A stretch of DNA of 63,296 bases, the filler included, from Hyphochytrium catenoides (Eukaryota; Protista; Hyphochytriomycota): assembly GCA_900088475.1 (NCBI GenBank). It is 6 parts of 6 records of this genome, joined end to end, with 100 filler letters (N's around TTAATTAATTAA, not from the genome) between each part and the next. Parts side by side here need not be neighbours in the genome. Positions count along the whole stretch, not along the records: positions 1 to 13,005 come from FLMG01003976.1; 5 more parts are not named here. One strand, given 5' to 3'. Positions within the stretch are counted from its first letter, which is position 1. Every line of letters begins with the position of its first letter. This document shows positions 1-13,105 of this stretch, piece by piece. The notes under the pieces were generated by a model that was given only the letters and a program-made list of their open reading frames with translations, made no database searches and was not told where the DNA came from. Both the position numbers and the translations under genes were made by a program.

Positions 1-427
1 GTCTCTCTCTCTCTCTCTCTCTCTTTCTCAGGTAGAGGAGCAATGGGTAACGCTAAGAGGTGGGAAGAAAGGCTCCCTGAGAGTCAGTGTCCAGGTGAAG
101 CCGATCTTTAAGAACCAGAAGAAGATCGAGGGAGAGTCCTCCATCGTAGAAGGAGTCGAGGGAGAAGAAGGAGAAGGTGGATGCTCTCTCTCTCTCTCTC
201 TCTCTCTCCCCTTTTTCCCCTCATTACTTTTTTCTGTCTCTCTCTCTCTTCCTCTTTCTTCTTGTTTCCTTCTCTATATCCCCCTCTTCATCTCATTTTG
301 AAGGTGTTGGAATAGAAAGGGAAAAAAATAGAATAGACACCAGCAGTGAAGAGAGAGAGAGAGAGAGAGAGAAAGATCTGAAAAAGCAGCAAAAAAAGGT
401 TCAGAGAGATAGGCCAGCAAAGAAAAG

Positions 428-460
<33 letters not shown>

Positions 461-844
461 GGCGGGGGAAGAGATAGAAGAGAAAAACTTGAAACTAGCT
501 TCTCTATCCTTCTCCCAGCATACATGCTAACGGATGATTACTCTCCAATCTTTTCTCTCCTCCCCCCTCTTTCCTCTCTCTCTCTCTTCTCCCTCATCTC
601 CTCTCTCTATCTCTCTCTCTCTCTTTCTTTCTATACACAGATTTCTCTCTTGTGGATTCCTCTCCTGCTCTCTCTCTCTGTCCCGAGGCGGCGCTGTTGG
701 TCTCTCTCTTTCACGTGACGGAGCCTCTGTCTGGCACTCGCAATGGCTCCTCTGACTGTTATGTCATACTTAAAGTACCAGGAACTGATGTCAGGAAGTC
801 CTCTCTCTCCAAGAGAGGAAGGATGAGCGAGTGGAATGAGAGGT

Positions 845-912
<68 letters not shown>

Positions 913-1075
913 GAGGAAAAGAACAACAGAAAGATAAAAGAGAAGAGAATGACAGACGGGACAAAGAAGAGAGGAAGGGAGAGACAGTGAGGAAGAGAGA
1001 GACACGGAGGGAGGGAGAGAGACGAGAGGGGAGAGAGAGAAAGAGAGGAGAGAGAGAGAGAGAAGAGAGAGAAAG

Positions 1076-1106
<31 letters not shown>

Positions 1107-2368
1107 AAAACAGAAAGAGAGAGAGAGAGGGAGAGCGAGAGGGAGATGGCGTGTGATTAGATGGCGTTTAGTTAGAGAGAGAGAGGGAGAGAGAGAGCGA
1201 GGGAGGGAGAGAAAGGGGAGAGCACGGATGAGAGGTTAAGATAGTTAAATCTTCTTGTTCATTATCTATGGCTAGTTCGTATCCTCTCTCTCTCTCTGTC
1301 CACGCCTATTCTGATGCTTCGTCTGTTCCTCTCTCTCGTTTTCTCTCTCTCTCTCTCTCTTTCTCCTCAGGTTCTGTTTCCACCTCCCGGAGGTGCATAA
1401 GTTTGACATAATGACCGTGGAACTATGGGAGAGAGACATTCTGACCAGGACCACGCTCCTGGGATCTGTGGAGATACAGCTGGACGATGTGAGGACCAGG
1501 GGACAGGTGAGGAAAAGCCTTCTCTCTCTCTCTAGAGAGCGAGAGAGAAAAAGAGAGAGAAAAAGGAAGAGAGAGACAGAGAGAGAGCGAGTATGTGTGA
1601 GAGAGAAAGAGAAAGAAAAGCAAAGAGAGAGAAAGAGAGCGAGAGAGAGAGAAAGAGAAACGAAGAGGGAGAAAGAGAAAAAAAAGACAAGAGAGAGAGA
1701 GAAAGAGACAGAGAGCGCTCAAAAGGAAAATAAAAAGAGAGAGAGACACAGAGAGAGACGGAAAGAAAGGAAGGAGCAACACACAAGAGACACACAAAGA
1801 GAGACGCACACAGAGAGAGACAAAAAGAGAGAGAGACACACACACTGAGAGGCACAGACAGAGAGAGAAACAGGGCGGAAAGAAGGAAAGCAAAGAAAAG
1901 AATAGGCAATGGGAGTGCCTACGTGAGAGAAAACGACGCAAATGATCAAATAGGGAGAAACACTGACAGAAAGACAGCGACGGGGGCAGAGAGAGTAAGA
2001 GAGAGAGGCAGGGAGAGGGAGACACAGAGAGAGAGAAGAGAGAGAGAAAGAGAGAGAAGGTGCCAACGGGACAGTTCAATGCGAGGCTATTCATCGGCGC
2101 TTTTGGTCTACACCGCCACATATCCTCCCAAGTCCTCAAACCTCTCTCTCTCTCTCTCTCTCTCCCCTTTCTTAACACTAACCGTCCCGCTCCCCTTTTC
2201 TTTTTCTCTCTTTTCCATTCTCTCTCTTCTCTTTCTCTCTCTCTTTTGAAGATCTTCAACAAGTGGCAGCTTGTAGGGAACAACGTGAAGGGAGGCGAAA
2301 TCAAGATGAGACTCGAGTGGTGCGACCTCCAGCCCTAAGAAAAGAGCCTTGACTGAACACACAAAGAA

Positions 2369-2407
<39 letters not shown>

Positions 2408-4800
2408 AGGCTCCTCTCTGGCCACGTCGAACATATATAGACAAACTGCATATTTATACCGAGCAAGCTGGCATTGGACAGAACAAGGAGAGAGGAATAC
2501 CCAGTGCGACCGAGAGAGAGAGAGAGAGGTGGAGGGGGTAATATTATATAGCTTGTTTTCTGTTAGAAGTTGTTTCTCTTCACTCTCTCTTCCTGTCTCT
2601 GTCTTCCTAGCCAAGCCACTGGCTTCCCTTTGCTCTGCTGAGCAGCTTTGCTGGTCATATTGCGCCGCTGTAACTCAAGCCCAATCTGCGTGGTTGGAAT
2701 GAAGAGAGAGAGAGAGAGAGAGATAGAAGAGAAAGAGGCCAAAAGATGAGGAGAAAGAGAACCTCAGACAAAGTGGTTAAGGGAAGAAGAGTTTCAGATG
2801 CGAAAAAAAAAAAGGAGCAGAAGCGAGTGGAATAGAGAAGGATAAAGAGAGAGAGAGACAGAATATCTAAAAGGAAGGTGAAAGAGGACAAAAAGAGAGA
2901 GAAGGAAAGAATACGCGGGTCGCACAGCAGTGTCCCAGTCGGAACTCCAGTTAGATAAAAGACATAGGAAGGAAAGACGCAGGAGAGAGAAAGACGAAAT
3001 ATGCAAATTAAGAAGAGAGGAGAAAAGGGAGAAAGAGACAGTGAGAAAGAGAGAGAAAAAGGATTTTACCTCGTAGAAGGTTGAAGTCAGCAGTGCCTCC
3101 TCTCTTCTCTGAGCATTCCTTTCTTCCGTTAGCTTGTTCTAAACAGAGAACGTGTAAGATAAAGTCAAATTTAGGAGAGAGAACATGGGCGATAAACATA
3201 GAATTCTCTCTCTCCTCCCCTCAGTTTCTCCATCCCCAACCCCTCTCTCTCTCTCTTCCCTCTCCCTCTCTCTCTCCCTCTCCACACTTTCTCTCCCTCC
3301 CTCCCTTCTCTCTCTCCTCTCGCGCTCTCTCCTTTCTCTCTCTCTCTCTTTCTACGCTCTGTTTTCCTCCTTTTCTCTCTCATTCATCTCTCTCTGTCTA
3401 TCTTTCTCTCTTCCCTCCCTCTGTCCCTCCCCGTCTCTCTCTCCCGGTCTCTCTCTCTCTCTCTCTCTCTTCCCCCGTACCTCAAGGAACTGTATTTTAT
3501 TATTCTTCTCCTGGAGCTGGTTCTTATGAGAGGCCACGGCGACCATGTACTTGGCTTGGACGGTGTGCAGCGTCTTCTTCGTATAGTTTTCCAGCTTCTC
3601 TTTATCGGAGGCCAGCGTGTTGATCTGAGTCTCTTTTGCCTTCAGTCTCTTCGTTAACTCCTCGATTGTCGCGCGGTAAGACTCCGCAGCCTCTTGGGAC
3701 TCCTGATCAGAGAGAGAGAGAGAGAGGGAGAAAGGGAGGGAGAGAAGAGAAAAGGGGAGAGGGGGGAGGAGAGAGGGACAGGGGGAAGAGAGAAAAAAGG
3801 GGGAGACAGTGGGGGGAAGGAGGAGAGAGTACAGGTGAAGAGAGAGAAGGGAGAGGACATGGGGTAGAGGAGGAGAGAGAAATAGAGAGAGAGAGAAGGG
3901 GGGAGAGGAAGAGGAAGAGGAGGGGTCGAGCGAGGGAGAAGAGAGCAAAAGAAAGGAAGAGAAAGAGGGAGAGAGAGAGAGAGAGAGAAGAAAAGAGGGA
4001 AAGCGAGTCAGTACCTAGGAGTACTAAGAGTGGGCTGTAAGGACGATGTTGGAGTAAGGTTGGAAGGCGATGTAGAGTGATGAGAGAGAGAGAGTTTGGT
4101 TGGGTAAGAGAGAGAGAGAGAGACTTCTTGGAGAAGGGATTTGCAAAGAAAGTCGAGAGAGGGAGGAAATGGCAAGCTAGGAGAATAACGAAGGAAGAGA
4201 AGAGGAAAAGGTAAGAAGGAGGAGGAGGATAAAACAGACAGAAGCGAAGAAAGGAGAAGAGAGAAAAAGAGCAGAAAGGGAGAAAAGAGAAGAGACACAA
4301 AAGAGAAAAGAGAAGAAAGAGAGAAAGAAAGAACGAGTGAACAAGCAAGGAAAGAGAACAGTGATATCGAAGAGCCATACCGCTTTCTTTCTATATTCCT
4401 CGGCGTGTCTGCTGAGCTCTGTCTTCTCTGCCTCGAGCCTGGCTAACCGGTCCAACAGAATATCTCTGTCTCCCGCAGTCTCTCCCCCTCCGCGCGCCTC
4501 GACTCTCTCTATGTGTTGCCGCAATTTCTCAATCTCCACTGTCTGCGCCTCGTTTTGCTGCCGAAGATCTGTAGCAGTCTTCTCAAGGCTGGCGCGCACC
4601 CTCAACGCGTCCTCCACCTAATTATGGAAAGAGGTTGAAGAGAGAGAGAGAGAGAGTGTGTACAGAGAGAGAGGCAGAGAGATGGAGAGAGAGAGAGAAA
4701 AAAAAGTTTTTGGGAGGCACCAGAGCAATAAGATAGGTGGAAGAGAGAGAATGTGATTTGGGGCAGCCCCGGGAGAAAGGCCATACAGGACGCCCAATGC

Positions 4801-4835
<35 letters not shown>

Positions 4836-4998
4836 ATACTCTCTCTCACACACACTCTCTCTCTCCCTCTTCCACTTCCTGCTTGCCTTCGTTTTCCTTC
4901 CCATTGTTTCTACCTTGCGTTTCTCTCTGACTTTAGAGCTTCATGCATACTCTCTCGCTATAGATCTTCCTCACGTCCTCTAATACCTTCTCAATTTA

Positions 4999-5056
<58 letters not shown>

Positions 5057-5432
5057 TTCCCCTTCGTCTCTCTCTCTCTTCCTCTCTTTTTTTTCTGTCC
5101 TTTCCTCTTATTCACCCTCTCTCCTTTCCCCAGCCTTTGCGTAGTCCCAAACTGACCTGATTTTGAAGATTAGCAAGCTGTTGCGCGGGATCTGTCTCTA
5201 GGGAGCCACTCTTCAGCGCTTGGTTCTCTCTCTCTAGCCGGGCCAGTCTCTCTCTCAGCTCCACCATAGACGTGGTAGCGAACCCTCCGCCTCCTGAAGA
5301 GAAAGAGAGATCTTCGTGTTTGAGTCTCTCCAGCTCCGCCCGCGCCGCTTCTAGTTGTTCTTCTAAGAACTCTTTCCCACCTGAAATACGGAGGGAGAGG
5401 TTTGACTGACCAACTACGACCTCACAAGACAG

Positions 5433-5492
<60 letters not shown>

Positions 5493-5991
5493 AGAGGAAC
5501 AAGACAAAAGAGAGAGACAGAAAGACTACAAGAAACAAAAGACAATTGCGCGCGAGAGAGAGAACAAAGAGGGACAGAACCAATGGAAACATGCGAAACG
5601 AGAAAGAGAACCGTAAGCTGAGCCCCCACTCTTCTCTGTCTCTTTGTTTCTCTTCCCTCTCTCTCTCTCTCTCTCTCTCTTTCCAAATTTACCTTGCGCT
5701 GCGTCGAGCTCCTCCTGCAGTCTGCTCACTTTCTGTTCCTTGACAGTGGCGCTTGACTTGAGTTCAAGGAGAGAGGTCTCAAGGTCCACAACCTTGTCTT
5801 TATAGCTCTCAATCTGCGCCTTTAAGCTTGGAATTGTCTTGACGCTGGACTCAAGGTCTAAGATTTTGTCCAAATACTGAGAGTTTTGCTCCTCCAGCTC
5901 TTTCATGTGCTGTCTTAGGCTGTTCACCTCCTCCAACTTGGTGCGATACTTGGTCAGCGTTGCCTCCATCTTGAGGACAGGAAGAAATTGG

Positions 5992-6041
<50 letters not shown>

Positions 6042-6475
6042 GAGGACACAGAATGTTGTTGTCAGTTCTAATAAAAATGAGACGAGATGCAAGGAAACGG
6101 TACAATAGGTCATGACCGCTACACAATGGACATGCGAGTCATTCTCTCTCTGCCTCTTTCTCTCTCTCTCTCTCTCTCTCTTATCTGTCTTCTCAGTGAC
6201 TTTGCAAGTGGCCTTCTTCCAGTCTCTTCTGCTGCTCCTGTGTCTCTCCATCTCTATTTCTCTGTTCCTTTCTCACTGCTTTCTCTTTTCATTAACTTGC
6301 TCTTCATGCCTCTCTCACTCTCTTCTTCTTCTTCTTCTTCTTCTTCTTCTTCTTCTTCTTTTAATGAATTCTCTCTCAACTTCTACCCCGTCTATAAACA
6401 CGTCGCTGTCTGCCTCCCTTCCTCTCCCACACAGACACACCCGTACACACAGATACACATAGAGACACATAGACA

Positions 6476-6533
<58 letters not shown>

Positions 6534-8605
6534 TTCCAGCATCGTACCTTGCCCAGCTGCATGACCTTGGACCTCGAGATGTCCAGCTCATCCGCTTGTT
6601 TCTTAAGTTCATCCTCTACTAGCGCCACGCGCTGCGCCGCCTGCTGCTTCACTCTCTCCATCTCCTGCTCTCTCTCCGCCAGATGCGCTTGCATGTCTAA
6701 CAGTCTCGCCTCAGTCACTTTCTGAAGCTTCACGAGTTGAGCTTCCTATGGAGAGAGAGAGAGAGAAAAAAGATAGCGAAGAGGAGGACAATATTAGCTC
6801 TGTTAAGGAGGGAGAGAGAGAGAGATAGAAAGAGAGGACAGCTAAAAGAGAGAGAGAAGAAGTCTGCAAAGTAGGAGTATTTGAAGAGAATATAGAGAAA
6901 TAGAGACAGAGCAAGACGGCGGGTCCACACTACCGAGGGAGGGACTAGCTCACGATCAGATGCCGAAGTAGAGAGAAGAAGGAACTCGAGCAAAACAGGT
7001 ATCGAGAGACAAACAGAGAGAGAGAGAGGTTGAGAAGAGAGAGAGAGAGAGAGAGAGAAGGATAAAAAAGAGAGACAGAGGGAGAGAGAGAAGTCCCAAA
7101 AAGGAGCGAATAGTGATCACCTACTCCCTACCACTAAATCCTAGCATACGCAAGGAAAGAGGAGATGAATCAGCACAGAGACCAGAAAGACAAATAGCGA
7201 GAGAGACAGACACATACTCAGAGAGGGAGAAAGACCGAGAGGGAGAGAAAGAGAGAGAAAGAGACAGAAATGGGGGCAACCTTCTCCTTCAAGTCCTGCC
7301 CATCGCTCGCCTTTGCACTAGTTTTCTCCTCTCTCTCCTTCAACTGCTGGTGCAGCTGAGCGTTCTCTTCTTCCTTTTGCTGCACGTCCTGTCTCAAGCT
7401 CGTCACTTCTCTCTTTAGCTCAATCACTGTCCCCTCAAGCCTCAAGTTCTGTTCCTGGAGAGACTGGAGAGACGCCTCTACTTCTGCCAAATCTGTGGAG
7501 ACTGCGTGTCTCTCTCTCGGCGCGGCTGTCGGAGATGCGATCTCTGGAAATCTATGGATAATCGCGTCAATGAGGTACATCAGCGTCATCTGCGCCTGCT
7601 GATCCAGTCTTTCCATGATCTTTGAGATGTAGATGTGCTTCTCTTTGCATTGCACCGCAGCTCCCAGTACGAGCTCAGAGATCTCAAGCAGCGCCGCGGC
7701 CTGCTGCGGCCCAGATCTGGCGGCAGAGGAGACATCAATGTGATCCACATCCGCATCTTGTCCGAAGAGCTCCAGATAAAGTTCTCGGATAGATTTAAGC
7801 AAGATCTTCAGATTGCTAAGCCGCAGCGCCCAGTTCTGCTCTGTCTCTCGCTTGATGGAGTCAAGATCGATGTAGTCTGGAGCGCTGTATGGGGTTTGGA
7901 GAGAGAGAGAAAGAGAGAGGGAGAGAGCAAGAGTGAGGGACGAGGAGAAGAGAGAGATAAAACCTGAGAATGAGAAAGATCTCTGGCAGGTCATAGGACA
8001 GTATCTTTCTCATTCTTGAGGTTTACAACTCTTTTTCCTTAGACGGGGTCTTTGATGACTCTCTTCTGTCTTTTCTCTTCTCTCTCTCCCTTTTCCTGCT
8101 CTCTCTCTCTCTCTCTTTCACTCGCTCTCTCTTCTCTGCTCAGTGTTTCGGTCTCTCTCTCTTTCTCTCTCTCATTTTCTTCCTCTCTAGAGCTCTCTCT
8201 ACCCCTCTCTCTAAACCTCTCTCTTTTCTCTTTCTTCCTCTTTCTCCCTCTTCCCTCTTCTCACTCTCTCTTCTCTAGCGCTTTCGAGATCCCTCCTGCT
8301 ACGCCCAGAACAAAAGGCTCCTCCTGTTGCAGCAGATCCCTAACTTTAGCTTACATTTTGTGCAGAATCTCTGCGAGAATAACGCCGTCTGCCAGGTCCT
8401 CTATCTGCTGGCAGTGAATGCCAAGCTCATCGAAAGTATTGATCTGCAGCCGGTCAAGGGTTTAGAAGAGAAGATTGTCCACATCGTGGAAGAGAAAATG
8501 AAAGAAGAAGAAGCACCAGATGGGCGGACTCAGTCCATCAGCCGGCCCGCAGATAAGGAGAGGACGAGCAGAGCATAAAGGGACAGAGAAAGAGAGCGAG
8601 AGAGC

Positions 8606-8660
<55 letters not shown>

Positions 8661-8700
8661 GAAAGAGAGAGAGAGAGCAGAGAATAGGGGCTGATAGGAA
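1..8700. repeat. (CT)n/(AG)n microsatellite-rich introns and UTRs (also about 11700-13000, 37200-53000, 57690-57800, 60710-63296)
   Basis: Long perfect and degenerate AG/CT runs fill the introns. Internal N gaps at 46920, 47643 and 62646 sit inside such runs. Confidence 0.95.
32..2338 (+). CDS. Multi-C2-domain protein, 3' part (extended synaptotagmin/tricalbin-like); 5'-truncated by the window edge
   Basis: Phase-consistent GT-AG exons at about 32-176, 641-842, 1371-1506 and 2252-2338. They give the end of one C2 domain (EEQWVTLRGGKKGSLRVSVQVKP) and a full C2 domain (SDCYVILKVP...SEWNERFCFHL...MTVELWERDILTRTTLLGSVEIQL...KWQLVGNNVKGGEIKMRLEW), stop TAA. The ESyt/tricalbin label is inference. 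Confidence 0.8.
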
Positions 8701-8808
8701 GAAACCTCCTCAAAGGTTACGTAAGCTTCGTGAAGCATGTGTTTTTGCAGCTCTTACCCATTTGACGAGGCTGTCCACCGCCTCATGGTCAACGGAGGAA
8801 GACGCCAT
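2563..8808 (-). CDS. HOOK: Hook-family dynein/microtubule cargo adaptor, multi-exon
   Basis: The spliced N-terminus MASSSVDHEAVDSLVKW|INTFDELGIHCQQIEDLADGVILAEILHKI|APDY...LRLSNLKILLKSI...ELVLGAAVQCKEKHIYISKIM is the Hook CH-like domain. Coiled-coil exons include KMEATLTKYRTKLEE...LEEQNSQYL. Hook C-terminal motifs REEALLTSTFYE|IGLEL and AWLGRQRQ precede stop TAA at 2563-2565. Confidence 0.92.
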
Positions 8809-11769
8809 GCCTAAACTTGGATTAGCTCTGATATGTTGAGCTCCGTGAACCTTCAAAGGAACATGCACTGTCGCAACGCAGCGCCGAGGATGCTTCAAAG
8901 TCTGACTGTATTGAAGGTGATAGCCTCCAGCACAAGCGGAAGTGGACGCGATATCGATTTCTCTCACTTCTAACAAGAGAGAAAGCTTCAATCGACAACT
9001 ATCCCGGAATGTCGCCTATTAGCCAACCCCAAACGTCAATAGGAACCCCGTAGTAGAGCAGTAAAGGCAGGCCAGAGACGATGACGATACTCTGCTGGCA
9101 AGCCACTGACGGCGCCAGACTCTTGCTCAAGCTGCTTCTCGGAAGTGGAGAATCTGCAGATTTGTCTGTAAAGTTAGAGCTCAAGCTCCAAAGGAAACCC
9201 GATTTTTTGCGCAAGTTCTGAACTTCTCACTGACACAAGCGAGATTTATCAACTTATCCCTGATAAATAGCCCAAAGGTAACTTATATGCGTTATATGAC
9301 CGGTCTCATCCAGAATTGGAGTACAGTCCAGCACTGCTACGAGTACTGCTGCTGCGCTCTAATCCCAAATAAAAAATTTCCGTAGTACATGATTTGGGCC
9401 TGTTCTCGCTTTATTTGGCGGGAAAAGGGAAAGAATTTTTATTTTGTGAAGACTTGATACCAGTCTAAAAGGCACATTTTTCAATAAAAAAAGTTCTTTA
9501 TTCTTCCTCTTCTCCTTCTAACAGTAGCAGCAGTCCACGCAGGTTATCAAGGTCGTTTGTCTGAAAGGCGAAGGAAGTTGAAGAAGTATTATGAGGCACC
9601 TTGCCGGGCTGTAGGGCTAGCTGCAATCTGTCCCATTGGTTTGAGAGTCCTTTGGGGGATGGAGGAGCTATGCCGGGCGTCGTTGATTGTGTAGAGAAAT
9701 CTGGTGAAGCTTCAATGTGCCCGCTCTGGCTCTTGATGCTTCTTGGCATCTTGGTCAATGGTCCCGTTTGGCCATGGCTCTACGCCTTCACACGAGAGTC
9801 TCTATTATGGCAATTCATGAAGAAAACGCGCTTCGGATTTTGAAAGCGTATTCCTCTTGAGCAGTTGGACCCTTCTCTTGCTTGCCTCGCCGGCGTTTGA
9901 AGTTGATGATGATGACATTGTGGTCGATGGTTCATCACCTGATTCTTCCATTACTGATGATGAGTGTGGAGGAGATCAGGTTGAGGAGGAAGAGGCCAAG
10001 GCGTCACAGCTTTCCTTGTTTCCTTCCTTCTTCCTCTTCTTCTTCTTCTTCTTTTCTTCATCTCTTACTTCTTCTTAGTAGTTATTAGTCGTAATTAGTC
10101 GATCAAAAAAAAATTATGCACTTTCTCCACATAAATAGAAAGAACAAAAATCTTTGAATATTAAACAAAAAAGCTTCGCCCTTCGGGCTCGCCAATAACC
10201 ACCAGTACTCAACGAAGAAAGAAAGAAGAAGGAGGAAGAAGAACTTTATTGAAAAGAAGAAGAAGAGGAAGATGACGATTAAAAGAAGAAGAAGAAAGAA
10301 AAAATGAAGAAGAGACTTGAAGATCATCGGGTTTTTGCTAATTTGATGACGAAGCTTTTCCGCCAAGCCGCAAATATCAAGAGAAAAAAAGCAGAAGGGA
10401 CACGACGTGCGGCGTTTATTCTGTATCTGGTGTGATGGCTTGACCATAAATGATTGAGATAAGCGGGGTTTATTTTTTCATCCCTCCAGATATTGAATAA
10501 GCTCTAATATGATTCCTTATGTAAAAAACTTGCTTCTTGTTGACCAAGCAACATACTCCGTACTTCGTTTTCTGATGTCGCTTTTTTCCCTATTTTTTCT
10601 TCCTTTTTATGGAGAAAATAGCAGAATCAGGAAAACTGGAACTCCAAATTGTATATAATTTATACTGCTGTTGATTACTGCTGTTCCTTGGATTTTTTGA
10701 AGCTTTTTCATGATTTTTGAAGCTTTTCCCGATGATCGTGTCTCCTAATATATTTCTCACTGTGCGGAACACTTCCAGACTGTCTGGAGTTAAGTGCCTG
10801 GCTAGACCTAATAAAGCTCTTATCGATATCGCCCAGCTGTCATCATCGCTGTGTTATAATATAGACAAGATCCAGCTTTGTGGAGAATAAAAGCTAGTTC
10901 CTGCCGCGACAGGAACCAAAAGATGAAGATTCAACGAGGATTGAAGCCCTTTGCAAATGAAGATTATTCGAAGAGAATTGGAGCTCTACATCCCGATTAT
11001 CACGCCGTCCCACGTGATGATGATGAGAGCGTGGTGGTTCTTTCTGGTCTGATTGTCATCGCAGCAACTCCTATATAGTCTTAGTCGGCTCAAGATCATT
11101 GGCTCTTGAAAGCCCGTTAAAGAGTCTTGAGCTGTGCAATAGACTAAGTGAAGTCTAAGACGAAGGAGCATTGCCCGCAGCAAGTATTGCTGTCATCAGT
11201 AAAGAATGCGAAGCTGGTATGGTGTGGGCGCACCGTTACTCAGCGAGCGGCAGGCGGTAGTAGCAGGTTCCAAGCCGCAGCGAAGTCTCTGATGATCCAT
11301 ATCAATCCATCTGCATCCTCTCATCATAGCCCCAACAACCTAGACCAATCTCTGTTCAGTGGATCCACAATGGAACCGTGCCTATCTTCTGCGTCCCTAT
11401 GAAGGCGTAGAGGTTGCTCAATGAGAAGAGCCAAAGATAAAAAGCACGATGAGGTGGCTCCAAAAGCTCGGGATATAGGAAAGCTTCAGATCCAACTAAC
11501 CGTGGCCGAAGATGGAGATCAAAAATCAGCGCTAGGAGAGAGCGCGCTGGCGCTGAGTCTTCAAAATAGTAGGCGAGAGACAAAAGAAGAGAGGAGAGGG
11601 ACATCGTTCTCTCTTCCGTAGTGAGGCGGAGAAGAGATAGCAGGCCGTGATAGTGGAGGTTGAAACAGAGAAGTGCTTGTAACGGTGAGAGAGAACTTCT
11701 CCTTGTAGCCATCTCACTCTCTCTGTCTCCCTTTCTCTCGATCTTTTCTCTCTCTCTCTCTCCATCTCA

Positions 11770-12039
11770 CTAGTAGCGTCCACTCTCAATCTCCGCTGTC
11801 CGGACAAAACTGTAGCCCTGAAAGCTTGGATCTGGGTTGAGATCCAGCACCTGCACTCGCGTCTGATATTCCACGCTGCTGCGAAGATTTGACGCTCTCT
11901 CGGCTTGCGCACGCTTCTGTCTCTTCTCTTCTCTCTTCTTTTGCCAGCAGGTCCAGCCGCGCTGGATGGCGAGGCCAAGGAGAGAAACAAGGAGAAGCAC
12001 AGCGGCAACGGCAGCCACAACCACTAGGGAAGAAGCCAT
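11770..12039 (-). CDS. Hypothetical small single-pass membrane protein (89 aa)
   Basis: ATG-started non-repetitive ORF flanked by microsatellite. It has a hydrophobic anchor (LVVVAAVAAVLLLVSLLGLAI), a basic stop-transfer segment (QKKREEKRQKR) and a complex tail. No homology recognised. Confidence 0.45.
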   Translation of the reverse strand: MASSLVVVAAVAAVLLLVSLLGLAIQRGWTCWQKKREEKRQKRAQAERASNLRSSVEYQTRVQVLDLNPDPSFQGYSFVRTAEIESGRY

Positions 12040-12296
12040 CTCCGGGAACAGTTTACTCTCTTTTTCTTTCTCTCTTTTTCTCTTCTTGTCTCTCTCTTGT
12101 CTACCGTTCCTGACTCTCTTTCTCTCTCTTGGTAGCAAGGAGGAGGGAAGAGGCCAGGCCAGAGGTAGCTCTGTATTTTCTTAGGGTTTGGTGATTGATC
12201 TTCTTTCTCTTCTTCCTTTTGCTCTCTCTCTGCAGCGTTGCTGACGGGTTAAGCCGGGGAAGAGAGAGAAACGCAATTGAATGCTTTGTGCTCTCT

Positions 12297-12334
<38 letters not shown>

Positions 12335-13005
12335 GGACCGTTGGTCCGTCACGGGGTCTACGGCCTCGGCAGGGGCTAATCGAGGAAGAAGCAGAACTGA
12401 TCACTGATGGGAAGAGATTCGAAGAGAGAGAGAGAGACAGCAACTGAAGAGTCAGAAACCCTGATGATCTGCCGTATGAAGACGGAGAAAGAGCTGCTAA
12501 AGTTATAGAAGAGTTCAGAGAGACAGAGAGGATTGTGCGCAGCTTGCGTCTCTTTGGATTTCTGCGATGAAAGGAAGATCTGGACAAGGGATGAAGAGTG
12601 AACTATCGATGGGGAAAGAGAGAGAGACAAAGGAGAAAGAGAGAGAGAGAGAGCAACATTAAGAAAGAGAGAGAGAGAGCAAAAGAGAGAAAGAGAGAGA
12701 GAGAAGAGAGAAGCGAAAGGGAGAGGGAAAATCTGAGACCACAAGAGACAGAAGAAAAAGAGGGAGGAGATGACCTCAAGAACGGAAGAGAGACAGAGCG
12801 AAAGAGAGATATAATGGAGCGAGACAGAGGTTACACATTACAAAAAGGCCGTGATATAGACAGAGAGAAACAAAACAGGAAAGAGACAGAGCGCGAGAGA
12901 GTTTTGCAAGAGAAGGACATGTGGGAGGAGCCAGAAGTACAGTTTTCCTATAACGATTTTTAGCAAATCAGAGGCAACGAAGAAGTTTCCTTTCCTTTTT
13001 ATTAG

Positions 13006-13105
13006 NNNNNNNNNNNNNNNNNNNNNNNNNNNNNNNNNNNNNNNNNNNNTTAATTAATTAANNNNNNNNNNNNNNNNNNNNNNNNNNNNNNNNNNNNNNN
13101 NNNNN
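13006..13105. other. Artificial contig linker (N run + TTAATTAATTAA + N run)
   Basis: 100-nt spacer with a six-frame stop 12-mer at 13050-13061; same layout as four other spacers. Confidence 0.97.

Noticed and set aside
95-8738. Dozens of long SLSLSL / RERERE ORFs (also at 38-53 kb and 60-63 kb)
   Set aside because: They are stop-free translations of (CT)n/(AG)n intronic microsatellite; only the embedded exons are coding.
9498-10447. Short ORFs and GAA/GAT-rich tracts upstream of Hook
   Set aside because: Low complexity, with no consistent frame, splice pattern or recognisable domain.
12376-12585. Possible terminal exon on the minus strand (IFLSSQKSKE...DQFCFFLD*)
   Set aside because: The acceptor is plausible, but there is no recognisable homology and upstream exons cannot be traced before the contig end.
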